A stretch of DNA of 64,000 bases, taken from the human T2T-CHM13v2.0 reference genome, Homo sapiens. Both the position numbers and the translations under genes were made by a program. Positions 40,826-54,385 of this stretch are shown piece by piece. The stretch lies in assembly GCF_009914755.1 (NCBI RefSeq), contig NC_060942.1. One strand, written 5' to 3'. Below the pieces are notes generated by a model. That model was not told the DNA's origin, did not search any database, and saw only the letters and a list, made by a program, of their open reading frames with translations. The stretch's first letter is position 1. The number at the start of each line of letters is the position of its first letter.

Positions 40826-41303
40826 TGATGTGGGATTTTTGCTCCTTAGCTCAGTGAGGTCCAGGTACTTGTCTCATGACCAGGAAGAATTAGGCACGTG
40901 GCCATCGAAAGCTCTCAGCAAAAAGAGGGGGTGGGAAGGGTGGATCTCCTACCTGAAGACAGGACAGTTTCCCAATATGGGTGAGCCCAGGGTTTTTTAT
41001 GGGCTCAGAATAGGGAACGTGTGCTGATTGGCTTGTGAGTATGCAAAAAAGTTCCAAGCAAAGTCAGCACTCAGAAGTGAGCACAACAGTGTAGAAAACC
41101 AATTAGGAAATGGTAGCTATATGTAAAATAGGTGAAGGGTGGGGCTCAATCAGGCTCAATCAGAGGAAAGTGCGCCAAATGAGAAGGTGGGTTCTCTATC
41201 TGGTCCAAGAGTTTGCATGGGACAGTTTCTGGCTTAATGGTTGGGTCTCACCAGGGACCTGCCGCTATCTGCCAAGGCATTTGTCTGCTTCCTACCTCTA
41301 TCA
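40826..41303 (-). mobile_element. ERV1 solo LTR of the LTR27/LTR28/MER61 group
   Basis: TG...CA termini; sense-strand 3' end (taaggagcaaaaatcccacatca) is similar to the LTR at 48226. Confidence 0.8.
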
Positions 41304-41639
41304 GTTGTTAAGTGCAGGTTAGCTAGGGAATATTTTAAATGCAGAAAATAATTATCATTATCTACTGATTATTTTGGAAAAAAAAATGTTCTCTATGAGA
41401 TTTAACTGCATCACACCCGAACAATTTACTGCATGATCACTGTCATCCACAATAAATAAACAGTACAAAAACACTTTATAAAATTAACATTTTGATGAAA
41501 TATACAAATTATTAAATTATTTTAAATTTAAGATTTACATATGTTATTTGATAGCAATATATCCTGTGAGAAGTGTAAGATAGCTGTTAACATTCTCCTT
41601 TTCATTTTTCAAGTTTTTTTGTGTGTGTATGTGTTTGCG

Positions 41640-41933
41640 TGAGAGAGACAGTGTCTCACTCTGTGGCCCAGGCTGGAGTGCAGTGCTGTGGTCTCAGCTC
41701 ACTGCAGCCTCTGCCCCACAGGCTCAACTGAGTCTACTCCTCCCACCTCAGCCTCCAGAGTAGCTGGGACCACAGGCGTGCACCACCACATCTAGCTAAT
41801 TTCTTGCATTTTTGGTAGAGATGGGGTTTTGCCATGTTGCCATGGCTGGCCTCGAACTCATGGCCTCAAGTGCTGTGTCTGTCTCGGCCTCCCAAACTGC
41901 TGGGATTACAGGTATGAGCCACTGACCCTGGCT
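41640..41933 (-). mobile_element. Alu (J-type)
   Basis: Antisense Alu body; tail degraded to TG/GA repeats. Confidence 0.94.
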
Positions 41934-42053
41934 ACAATTTCAAGTAATGTGTCCAAATAGCTATGTTAGGTGATTTTTATCATTAACCAAGAATCTAAAG
42001 CTTACTGTTTGGTGTAACACTGTGGAAGTACTTGTAAATAATTATATCTGCCA

Positions 42054-42195
42054 GGCCAAGCATGGTGGCTTCTGCTTGTAATACCAGCATTTTAGAAGGC
42101 TGAGGCAGGAGGACCTTTTGAGGCCAGGAGTTCTAGATAGACCTGGGCAACAAAGAGAGACCCTGTCTCTATAAAAACCAACAAAAACAATGCAA
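42054..42195 (+). mobile_element. FLAM / Alu left monomer
   Basis: ggccaagcatggtggct...gagaccctgtctctataaaaa, single monomer. Confidence 0.85.
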
Positions 42196-42884
42196 AATTA
42201 TATATGTAACATTTACAACCAGTAAAATTTAAACATCTTAAAAAATTAATAGTGTAGATTCACTCAACTCTTTGAGATTGCTAATCTTATGCATTGAAAT
42301 AAAACAATGCATTCCAATAAAACCTATTAGAATATGTACTGTCTTCTGGGTGTGTTCTCAAATATACCTTATAGGATATATACAAAATAGGAAATATTAA
42401 TCCTGTTTCATAGAGGAGAAAAGTTTCAAGAGGTCAAGTAAGCTACACATGGTCCTAAAACTGACACAAAAAAATAAACACCAGCTTTGAGGACTCCTTT
42501 GCTGCTGTCTCTGCTGGGGCCCTGTCACTACATCTGTGGCCTATACATAGGTCAGTGTTCTCCAGTAAGTGCTGAACAAACTCCAGAACATGCTGTCAGA
42601 CACTGTGGAGGCACTGAATGAGTCAAGTGACATTTACATATACATTATCAATGAGTAGAATTAGATATGCCAACTATGAACATTGAGTTTTCTGGAAGTT
42701 TCCAATGTCTTTATTTAGAGCTTATTTCTTGAATATTTGTCATTCTCAAGGAAATTCCAAATAGAAGAAATCAGTACAGAACGAAAATAAAATCACCTTA
42801 CAAAAATATTTAAAATCTTAGGAAAATGTAAGACACACTTGAGTCTTCTGACATTTTGGAAAAGAAATTGTAAAAAGAAACAAA

Positions 42885-43864
42885 CTGAGTCCTGGGAAAA
42901 ATACTTTCAAAACACATATAAAGATTAGTTATTTTAAATATGCAAAGAACTATTAAAACTCAACAATATAAACAAAAAAATGGACCAAGACCTCAACAGA
43001 AACCTCAACAAAAAAGCTATATAGATGCAAATAAGCATATGAAAAGATAAATTATATATCATATATCATCAGGTAAATGCAAATTAAAACATCTATGCAA
43101 TTTCACCATACACCTGTTAGAATGGCCTAAATGCAGAACACTGACAACACCACATGCTGGCAAGCACATGGGGAAGCTGGAACTCCCATTCACTGCTGAT
43201 AGGAGTGCAGAATGGTACAGACAATTTGGAAGACAGTTTGGTGGTTTCTTACAAAACTAAACATAGCTATACCATCCAGCCAATTGTATTTCTTGGTATT
43301 TATTGAAAGGAGTTGAAAAATTATTTCCACACAAATCCCTGCACATGGATGTTTACAGCAGCTTTATTCATAATTATCAAAACATGGATGCATCCAAGAT
43401 ATCCTTCAATTGGTGAATGGATACATAAACTGTGGTACATCCAGAAAATGGAATATTCAGCACTTGAAAGAAATGAGCAATCAAGTCATGAAAAGGGGTG
43501 GAGAAATCTTGAATGCATATTAGTAAGTAAAAGAAGACAATTTCAAAAGGCTATACATTACGATTCCAACAATAAGACATTCTGGAAAAAGCAAAACTAT
43601 GAAGACAGTAGGAAGATCCTCAGTTGCCAGGGGTTAGGAGACAGAGAGAAGTGAATAGACACAAAGAAGAGGATATTCAGGGCAATTAAACAGTTCTGTA
43701 TGATACTACAGTGGTGGGTACATGACATTACATACTTTTCCCGACCAGTAGAACATACAGTACCAAGAGTGTGAGCATCAGCTATAGACTGGGTGATTAT
43801 GATGTGTCAATGTAGGTTCATCAATTGTAACAAATGTACCACTCTGGTGGGGATATTAATAATG

Positions 43865-43918
<54 letters not shown>

Positions 43919-44040
43919 GTTAGGGACTTTTATAGGAATTCCCTTTACTTCCCATTCATTTTTTTGGGATCCTAAAACTACTTTAAAAAAAAATATTAAT
44001 ATCGTTATAAAACAAAACAAAAATCAACCAAACAAAAAAA
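42885..44040 (+). mobile_element. L1MC-type 3' end (end of ORF2 and 3'UTR) with (TG)n at 43867-43916
   Basis: 'atgtttacagcagctttattcataat...tggtgaatggatacataaactgtggtacatcc...atgtaggttcatcaattgtaacaaatgtaccactctggtgggg'. Confidence 0.92.
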
Positions 44041-46053
44041 TCCCACAGCTGTGATTACCCTAATTACAAACAAGTGTGCAGTGGGACTTGTGTATTTTAC
44101 GGACAGTGATCCTTGAGAAAACCTTAAGTTTCCTACTGACCTTAAATTTTATCATTCTCAGCATGTGAGGCAAATAGTGAATAACTACAACTATAAAATA
44201 ATTTTATATCTTTATCTACATGTTCAAATTTTATTCTATGCTTCTTGGATGGCAAAGAGTTGGTAAACAAAATAAATAGCTAATTCCTGTTCTCTACAAT
44301 TTCTTACTTTTCCTGAGAAGAACAAAAAACATTTATTTTCTTAGTAAAGATGCTATTTCTTTCCTGGGACTGTACCTTTACAAAATAAGATAAATATGCC
44401 TGCTGCAACTATACCACTTAGAAACAGAACCAAGAAAACATAATCACTTAAAAATTTTTCGAATATAAATGTCATTACAAATAGAAAAACAGTTGCCCAG
44501 AACCCTGTGATCCTGTAGGAAATCAGTTAATAAAAATGAAATTTAAATGCACAGACATGAAAATCCTGTACTAGTTGATAGACTTTATCACCAGTTTGTG
44601 TTCTTATCAATAGCAGCAGACATCTGACTATATTCACTTTGGTTTACTCTGAGCATATTTTTCAAATTTAAACCTATTTTAACAAGACAAATGAAGTGAC
44701 AAATGCAATAAATTAGAATGCATTATACAAGCAAATACATTTTTAGCCCTGTAGTTACAGAAAAAAAAAATAAAAGAGAAAAACAAAACCTCACACCTAT
44801 TCTTCATCTTTACTAAAGGAAGATGCCAAATACCCAGTTGGGGGGAAAGCAATTTTGAAGCAGTAGCAGTCATTACAAAGAAGATGACTCTGTGAATGTG
44901 GAGGTTACAGGTTCTTTTCTTTCCTCCTTTCTCTTTCTTTCTGCCTTCCCCCATCAAAACACAGCTTAGAGAACAGTAGCAGATGTCCTCATTCCAGGGA
45001 AGTGCCAAGCAGCCATCTCTCTTCTGCTGTGACGGCTTCCACAGAAGGGAAGCTGTTTGCCCCGTTTCGTTCTACATGTTTGTGAATATTTGATTTTCAC
45101 AGAAGACAAAAAAGGGCAAGAGCTTTGGAATTCAATAGAAGGTCAGAGTGGCAATCTTTTTGCCTGTTCCAGCTTCTTTTTATACTCTGACATCTGGCGC
45201 CCATTACCAGAACAAATTAGAGCAATTCCAGGCAGCAGCAGAGGAAGAGGACTTCCTGTTCTCAGACAGCACCGTTATCAGTGTGAGCACAGAAACTAAG
45301 GCTCAAAACAATGCAGCCATAGAAATAGATTTGTGGCACTTGTTTTGCAAGTGTAAAGCATAGCCCACAGCAAGTGTAAATAAGGATGTGCATTTCATCA
45401 CAGAGCAATGATACTATTGATGAGGTTCAATTTAATTTTCATGTTATTATGATATTAAACCCAACTGTGTGGAATTCCACTTTCAAAATCCAAACATAAC
45501 TATGCACTCAGGTTTTTAGTTTTTTGTTTATCAAAGCATGAAAATCAGTCATAAAAAGTATTATAAAACCCAACAACTTAACTCATTTTTAGGATGCTAC
45601 AATGTGTCTACGTAGGTCATTCAGAAAATTCTTCATTTAATAGGTCTGTCTCCTATTTAGTTCTTTCCACTTTCTTGATCACACATACTGGGTGTTTTGC
45701 CAAATACCCCTTGCAAATACCTCTAAAAATCTCACTGAAAGTAGCTAAACTCCCTTAATATTTGCTCTACCTCTTTGGAAGCTGTATTTGGCTTCCTTTA
45801 AAAAATCATATTTTTTCAAATAAAAATGAACTCTTCTAGGGAACTGCACACAGGAAAGGAGCAAACCGTATTGTTCAAATAGAATACAGAAGTTAAACTT
45901 CTCAATAACTTGCTCAGTGGCTATGGCAGTTTTTCATCTAAAATTTTTGTGATATTGGGTATGCAAATCACAGATCTGAGCCACTAAATGGTAACTTAGG
46001 ATGGAATGCATGGATCATTAAGTGATTCTGTGATGTCTTTAAAAAAATATTTA

Positions 46054-46350
46054 AGCTGGGCATAGTGGCTCTCACCTGTAATCCTAGCTCTTTGTGAGGC
46101 TGAGGTGGGTGGATCCTTTGAACTCAGGAGTTTGAGACCAGCCTGGGCAACATGGCAAAACCACTTTTCTACAAAATAAATATAAATAAAAAATTAGCTG
46201 GTTATGGTGGCATGCACCTGTAATCTCAGCTACTTGGAAGGCTGAGATGGAGGATCATTTGAGGCATTGAAGTCAAGGTTGCAGTGAGCCAAGATTGCAC
46301 CACTGTAATCCAGCCTGGGTGACAGAGTGAGACCCTGTCTCAAAAAAATA
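46054..46350 (+). mobile_element. Alu (J-type)
   Basis: Dimeric Alu with A tail. Confidence 0.95.
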
Positions 46351-47694
46351 AAATGATATAAAAGTTAAAAAAATTAGAATAAATTATGATAGTCATTGAA
46401 TATGTGTTGTAATTACGTGTATTAAACCATAAAAATAGCTTTGTTCTAATCAGTGGATGGAACAAAATATAGTCTCAGAACTTTACATTTATTCTTGATT
46501 ATATACATATACCTACATTTTCTTCATTTATTGTCACAATGTCCACTTTTCTCTTCCCCAACTTCCTCACTATAATTATATGTTGATTTGTGTTATTTAT
46601 GTAAAGTCTTGACGTCAAATTTTTATCAAATAATTTGTGATATATATTTGTGTATATGTACACATATGCATACACTTGTATTCTATACAATATAATGGGG
46701 ATTCACTAAATATTAAATGACAAATTACCTGTCCCCTCTACTTAAACACTGTGATTTGCTGTGCTTATTTAGTACAAATTTTGGATTCTTTCCAGTACTA
46801 TTACATGTTGGTTTTAAATTTACATGTAGAATCTAAATACTAATATTATACCTACACTTAAGTGAAAAATATTACAACAGAAGAGGCAGAAAAAATTTGG
46901 TGAGAGTTGAATGCTTTGCCTAATTTGTTCTTTTTAAAAGAATTATGTTTTCAATAACATGGCAAATTTGTTGGCTTAAAAAAGAGATTTCTGCACTGTA
47001 GAGGTATAATAAATAGTAGAGCTACTGCATTTGTTGAGAAGCTCATGGGCAATTGGAATGGACAGCTCTAAGATATGTGCACAATGAGTAAGTAGTTGAG
47101 ACTGAATGCTATGCATTGCTTTCTCACTGTCTCATTCTGATAGTTTTAAAAAACATTTTGTCTCTTTTGTTGTTGTTTGTATTTGTCTATTCAATGCTTT
47201 TCTAGTTGGGTCTATGATAGCAGAAAGATGAAAGATTCCCCTTGAATGCTATTATAATTTCTGTACATAATCCATAAATGAAAGAAAATACTTTTCCATA
47301 ATAAGAAATGTATTTTGCATTTGGAGTAGAAATTCAATTTTTTAAGTGAAAATAATTATTAAGTATTTATTATTAAGTATAAGAATTATTATTTCATCTT
47401 TCAAATATCAATATTTCCATATAATTATATTTTCTCATAATAATACGATTAGTATATTTTGTCTAGTTTAAATAGTTAGATTTTATAACTCTCTTCTACA
47501 GGATTATGTGAATGATAAAATTCACATATCATAACCAATTTTGAGAAATGAAATAAAATGTGAGTAATTTTTACTTTGTTATTTTATTGTATAACTGTAG
47601 GGATATCATTATTTATATATATATATTTATGTAACTAATTCACATATTTTACAAATGTGTGTATATTCTAAATTAAATGCCAAATGCTTTTTAA

Positions 47695-48108
<414 letters not shown>

Positions 48109-48225
48109 AGAAAATCAACTTAAAAATCACTATACATTACTAAATTATGTCCCTTAAATACACAACTATTTTACTTCCACTATGTGAGAAATGCAGTTAA
48201 AATACACTTGAGTCAATAATAATAG

Positions 48226-48675
48226 TGATACAGGTAGCAGACAGATAGATGCTAGGCAGATGGGTGAGGTTGCCTAGAGAACCTCCAACCACCCATGTCA
48301 TTGCACAGGGGACTTGCCTAAACACGTGCACAGTGAAAACTTCCTTCCCTTGACGCATGTGAAGTAAGGGAAATAAATCAATGTGGAGTGGCTCAGATCA
48401 AGGGCCCACATACACACTGGAGGAACTGGGTGGAGCCACCAGGAATTTGTGCCTTATGGTGGGGAAGAATCTGGCCCCTTCAGCTTGTGTGTGGAAGCCC
48501 TGGTATTGTGAAGTGGAAATCTTTTTGCAGGACCCCTCTCTTTGCTGAGAGCTTTCCTTTTGCTTAATAAATTCCATCCTCCTCGCCCTTCAGTGTGTCT
48601 GCATGCCTAATTTTTCCTGGTCGTGAGATAAGAACCTGGATTTAGCTGAACTAAGGAGCAAAAAATTCTGCATCG
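48226..48675 (+). mobile_element. 5' LTR of an ERV1 provirus, MER61-like
   Basis: TG start, AATAAA at 48566, end 'gaactaaggagcaaaaaattctgcatcg', p53-like decamer pair, immediately followed by a PBS. Confidence 0.85.
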
Positions 48676-48678
48676 TTT

Positions 48679-48696
48679 TGGTAGCCCATAAGAGGA
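48679..48696 (+). other. Primer-binding site, tRNA-Ile(AAT)-like
   Basis: TGGTAGCCCATAAGAGGA vs TGGTGGCCCGTACGGGGA (complement of the tRNA-Ile 3' end), 14/18, 3 nt after the LTR. Confidence 0.75.
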
Positions 48697-48860
48697 CACG
48701 AGGAAGGATGAGTAAAATACAGATCCAAAAATCTTTTTTCCCTTTTGTTTCTGCCTTTCTCACCTTCAGATTTTTTCTGAAGGCAAGGGAAACTTCCCCC
48801 AGCCGCCGTTGCTCTCAGGTGTTGGGAATGTTGGCCTTGTTTCAACCCAGTCTTTTCTAT

Positions 48861-48960
48861 TTTTTTCTTTTCTTTTTTTTTTTTGAGACGGAGTCTTGCT
48901 CTGTCGCCCAGGCTGGAGTGCAGTGATGCCACCTTGGCTCACTGCAAGCTCCACCTCTGG
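48861..48960 (-). mobile_element. Severely 5'-truncated Alu within the ERV leader
   Basis: ~75 bp of Alu 3' end plus T-tail; perfect 18-bp TSD caacccagtcttttctat (48843-48860, 48961-48978). Confidence 0.93.
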
Positions 48961-50090
48961 CAACCCAGTCTTTTCTATGGCATTTTCCTTCCTTTGGGGG
49001 GCGCTGTAATGGCACCTATCTTTTCTTTTAAAATATGGAGGTGTTCCACCCTCACCACAATGTCCATAGGTGCCCTAGCAAGACAGAAGGATGAGTGGCA
49101 GCTTCCCACCCCCTTTCTCTCCTGGCTGGGGCCCATGGTCATGTCTGCCACATGTGAGTGTGGAGTCCAATGGCCACACAAGGTGGGAATGAGCCACAGC
49201 CATTGCCCAGGCCCCTAGATGGGCTCAAGAGCCCAGGCCTCAATGACTCAGGCCTCGCTGGCCAGTGTTCCCCATGACACATCCACAGAGTCTTCCCCCT
49301 GGCCAAAGGGGACAGCAATTAAAAGTTTCTCTCCCTATTGTAGAAATCCATTTGCATAAGAATAAGAGGTTCTTCCCCTAGACATTCTCCCCATCCACAG
49401 TTAAGTTTTTTTTTTTTTTTTTCTCTTGGCTGTTGGGAGTTAACTTTTATGTGATAGGTTTTTTTCTTGAAAGGACAAGGACCCCAATTCACAGGAAACC
49501 CTTTTTCCCTCCCTTCTTTGAGAAGGACCCAATTCCAAGGCTTCACCTTAGCAGTCAGCTTATGATAAGGAGGCAACAACCAGTCTGGCAAGGGGCACCT
49601 GGGGCTCAATGAGTCCATGCACCTAGCTGAGGCAGCTCTTTTGTCCCAAACTCAACTCCAAGTTTCAGGCCGAAGCCCTAGAAAAAGAAAACTGGATCTG
49701 AGGGATACAGAGGCAAATGACAATGGAAGTTAAAAGGCATAGTACATGTGAGCTAATTCCTACCAGTTAAGCCAAGCTTCCCTTTTCATGGACAGAGGAC
49801 ATGCCAATATCCATGGCATAAATGAGGTTTAGGGAAATCGAAGGCTACTGCCAGGTGGGGGAAAGGCAGTGCATGGGTAAGAGCTGATAATCCTACCGAC
49901 TAGGGCCCCTGTTAGCATGGGTGAAAGCCACACTGGCAACCATGGGAGTCACCCTGTCCAGGTCGCTGGGACTCGGGGATATAAAGTCAAAAGAAGTAAC
50001 GAGGACACTTTTTCCTTCTCTCCCTCTCATTCCCCAGGTATTTGCTAGGAAGAGAAAGGAATGAGGGATATCTGGCTCCCTCCTTTCTAG

Positions 50091-50290
50091 ATGAGTAGCC
50101 ATTCATCTTCAGTCTTTCCCCTTTTCAAATGCATCCTTAACCCTGAAGCTCCTTTGAAAAAAAATTCCTTCGTTTTTCCTTTTTCCTTCTCTGTCCTGTC
50201 TTCACATATGGGTAATTGTGTGCCCAAACTACAGGATACTTCCCTTAGATGCATTTTCCAAACTGAGAAAAGTTAATTTCCCAAACCTTA
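50091..50290 (+). pseudogene. ERV gag N-terminal remnants
   Basis: MGNCVPKLQDTSLRCIFQ from 50208 resembles class I gag starts such as HERV-W/ERV9 MGN..PK..TPLRCIL; a weaker similar start at 50091. Confidence 0.6.
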
Positions 50291-50481
50291 AACTGGTTGG
50301 CTTAGAAATGAGATCAGTGTAAGGGAACCCAGAAGCTTGACATGCTGGAAAAAGGGTAAAAGTTTTTGTTACCAGTTGGACTTTGGACCTCCCTCTCCTT
50401 ATGCAAAGCAGTAAAAGGAATGATAAAGATAATTGTTTATTTTATCTGTAAATATATATATATATATATATATAATATATA

Positions 50482-50750
<269 letters not shown>

Positions 50751-53700
50751 TAAAATTCTGATTAATGAAAAATAATCTATGAGTTTGGTATTAAGCTTTA
50801 GCCAATCTGGTGTGCTTTGTGTCTCTTAATTGAGGCTTGTTGGGTTCACCTGCTAGGTCATGTTTGATAAAGTTCAAAGCCAGCAATATTGAATGCTTGG
50901 AATGACTAAAGTCAGGTAATAAGGGATTTAAAAGGAATTTCTTAAACAGTGTCCAGCTTATTAAAAGTGGATATCCAAGTTATATCTATATTTAAAAGGC
51001 CTTTGTGTTTTTCTCTTCTTGGATCTTTTTTTTTTTCTGAAAAAGGTTTTTTCTCAGTCAACTGAATTACTTTTCTCCACCTAGTATTGTCACTATTAAT
51101 GCATGCATGTGAGGCTTAAAGATAATTTCTGATGGCCTGGGGCTCCTTGGGAAAAACAGAAAAGGCTCCATGGATTCCATATGGGTGAAATCTCTGTTTT
51201 TCTTGTGCAACCCCAGGAATTAGAGGCAAAGAGGTCCTTCGCAAAAGCTGTTTTTGTCTTACAGCTATACCTGTTTATTAGGCCCTAGAAACTGCATGCT
51301 TTCCTAGCCCTGCTCTTAAAGGGTCCCACCTGGAGGCCAATAATCCAATTAGGAGATTGGCAAAGGAAAAATCTTACAGCTACTGGATCTTCTTCTGTTT
51401 GTCCATGTAGTCATATATGTGTTGTGTGTACCTATAAAAAAGAGCTTGAATTAATTGGCTTAAAGAAAAATAAGCACATTGATTAAATTTTTTTGAAGGA
51501 AAAGTAAAAGCTTTAATGGCTTTAAGTTCATGTGACCATAATATTTGAAAAATAAAAACAGTCTTAAAGATTATTGGTAAAATGCAGATGCCATTAAAAT
51601 GTAAATAGATGGTCTAAATTATGCAAGTCAGATACTAGGTTTGCTAAATGTTTTAAGGTTGTAAATTGCTTCTTTGGCCTTTGAAAACTGTTCAACTTGC
51701 TTGCTTTACAACTTGGTAAGACCTGGGGACATACTGGAATTAACGACACCCTTCACTATGGTGGAAGGTGTTAAACTTTATCAGTGCCTAGTGCATAATT
51801 GAAACAACTTACCAGATTTTACATTAAAGTTAAAAATTGCTGAAAGTTACCATTAAAACATGTAATTGAGTCCACTGAAAACAGATTTACATGCAAGGTA
51901 GGTAAGGACAGTAAACTGTGTTTTTAGTAAAAAGATATAAGAAGGCATGGAAATGTAAATTTTTGCCTAGTGGTAAAATATTGTTTTAAATTAGATAAAA
52001 TAAAGCTAAAGGTTTAAACAAGTTGTAGAAAGTTTCTAAAAATCAATCATGCAAAAGAATTCTGTGTGTGAACATTCATTAAATTCAAAAGAGTATAATA
52101 TATGATTTTTCTATAAATTGAGCATTGGAATAAAAGCACAGGACTATTCCCTTAAGGCACAATTCTGCTTTTTAGCAAAATTTGTCAAGGGTTATAAAAG
52201 GTTTATAAGACTCTTACTTCATGGTCAAAATGGTTAAGATTGGATAGAATTGTCTGTAAGTTTTCATTTGAAAATTGGGGTTGATATTAATAGTAAACTA
52301 ATATAAGGATAACATTTGGCTTTCTCTCTCTTGTACAAGATTTTCATGTAATAGTGAAGGGTAATGAAAGATTACCATTTGCCCTGCAGATAGACTGCCA
52401 AGGAAAATAAAGAGAAGACAGGAGACAAATTCCTCCCTCTTAATGAGTAAAGATTTTTGCCTTTTTAAAAATTTTTGAGTCATCATTTTGACAAAATAAA
52501 TAACTTATGGTAATCTGTAATTGTATCTCATAATGTCAAGTGTTTAAAGCTCTAACATATTTAACAGGCTTCTCAAAATCAAACTTCAGTTTCAAAATTG
52601 TCTTTCCTGGACCCTATCTTTTGGATGCTACACGGGGCCCCTGGAGCATCCAGAAGGAGTTAAACTGTATTATTAGACATGTTTAGATATGTGGGATTGC
52701 CAAAATGATGTTTAATCTTCTTCATGTTATATTTTAAGGAATAATATTAATATATGTTCCAAAATTGCATGGGATTTCTAGAAATTCTAATGTCTGAGTA
52801 TATGCTGTCAATCATAATTAAGGTTATGTTAAAGTATTGTAAACCATGGAGATAAACAAAATTATTTGTCAATTGTGTTTTTAACTGTAACTACCCTGGA
52901 CATTTTGTCATTTGGGGACAATTGGTGTCTTGTTTTGATCCTCTTCAAAAGATGGTTTATAATCAGCTATAGAACTTTGACAGGTGTTCTCAATGTGGAT
53001 TTCTGATAATTTTGAGGATTGTGAGGTTGGAATAAAATTAAAACATACAGGACTCATGAAGAGATGAAATGTTAATGAATATCAAGCAAAACAAGAGTTA
53101 ATGGAATGGACTGAAGTAATAGAAAACTCAAGTAATCTTTTTTTTAAAATGTTTTGCTTGAAATATTGCTGATCCGTGTTTTGTTTTTTAGAGTCAAGGA
53201 AGCTTTTATTTTTAGCCACTTATAGTCTTTAATAATTGAGTAAGGTATATTCCTGTGAACTGAAGCATGTTTGTTTCTCTCTGCCTGATTCCTCTAGAAT
53301 TTGGAAACTATCTGTTAGTATTCTCGAAATATGGCTATTTGCATCAGTGCAATAAGAATACATTTTCTTTTGCAACAGGAAGCAATTAGAGATCCAAGGC
53401 TTCGAATAGAAGAGTAGCTTCCCTTTCAGGAATCAGTCTCGACTTGCATAGCTGATAAAAACCCCTTGGGAAAACTGGCCTCATACTTTGTCCACACAAT
53501 CCCTTTACAAGTTCCCTAACCTGTGATGAGTAAAGAATGTCACTTTCTAACAGGTCCAGGAACCCCATATTCTTGGGACCTGAAGAAGAGAGGAATTCAC
53601 GCAACTCACAGATATTTGAGGGTACAAACCCATGCCTGTGTTTGGCTTTAAAAAGTCCTATCTGAGATTCCTTGTGGAACAGAGTTCCATCAAAGCCAAT

Positions 53701-54225
53701 TTTAAAAGCCTTTGTAAAAATAATTATTCTTGCTGTACTTTAGGTGAATAATCAGGCCTAATAGAAGACCATTTATTTTGCAAACAACTCAGTCCTATCA
53801 TGATTTGCTTTTAACAAAAATGAGGACTGGAGAGAGATAAATTATGTTTCAAAGCTTATCATATTTGTCATTAAATTATAGCCCCATTAGTTGTTTTTAA
53901 GTTTTTTGCCTACATTTTGGCATAACCCTGCTTATTCCTATAAACCAACCAGTGATTTCCAGCTACAGCTCAGAAGATACAAAAGGGATGCGTACTGCAA
54001 AAATCTGGATTAGTATTCTAGTTCTGGGCAATTATCCTGCAAATCCTGCCAGGTGATGGGAGTAAATAGGGTGCCCATAACCCAGAGGTTTCTTTTTTGG
54101 GAAAATAAAAGCAAGGGAGCTAATCAAAGCCAAGCCCCATGTGCCCAAATCTTAGCAAGCGTAACTATAGCCACAAGTTATCTAAGCATGCCCATAGCCC
54201 TGGGATTTTGGGGCTGTCCTTACCC

Positions 54226-54385
54226 CACCCTCCTTTTGTTTCTTTTTAACACATGTCTTCTAATAATCTGGTTTGGCTCTTCTTGCCTTCAGGCTATCAA
54301 ATTCCAAATGGTCATGCAACCAGAGCCTCAAGTAATGGCCACGTTTTATCAGGGACCCTTAGATAGGCCTCTGAGGGATATCTGA
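54226..54385 (+). pseudogene. ERV env transmembrane/cytoplasmic-tail remnant
   Basis: LLLFLFNTCLLIIWFGSSCLQAIKFQMVMQPEPQVMATFYQGPLDRPL aligns with the class I env tail motif LLLLFGPC...VSSRIEAVKLQM.EP.M....Y..PLDRP. Confidence 0.75.

Noticed and set aside
40826-41303. Possible partner LTR of the provirus at 48226
   Set aside because: Opposite strand, upstream of the 5' LTR and a different internal sequence; an independent related solo LTR.
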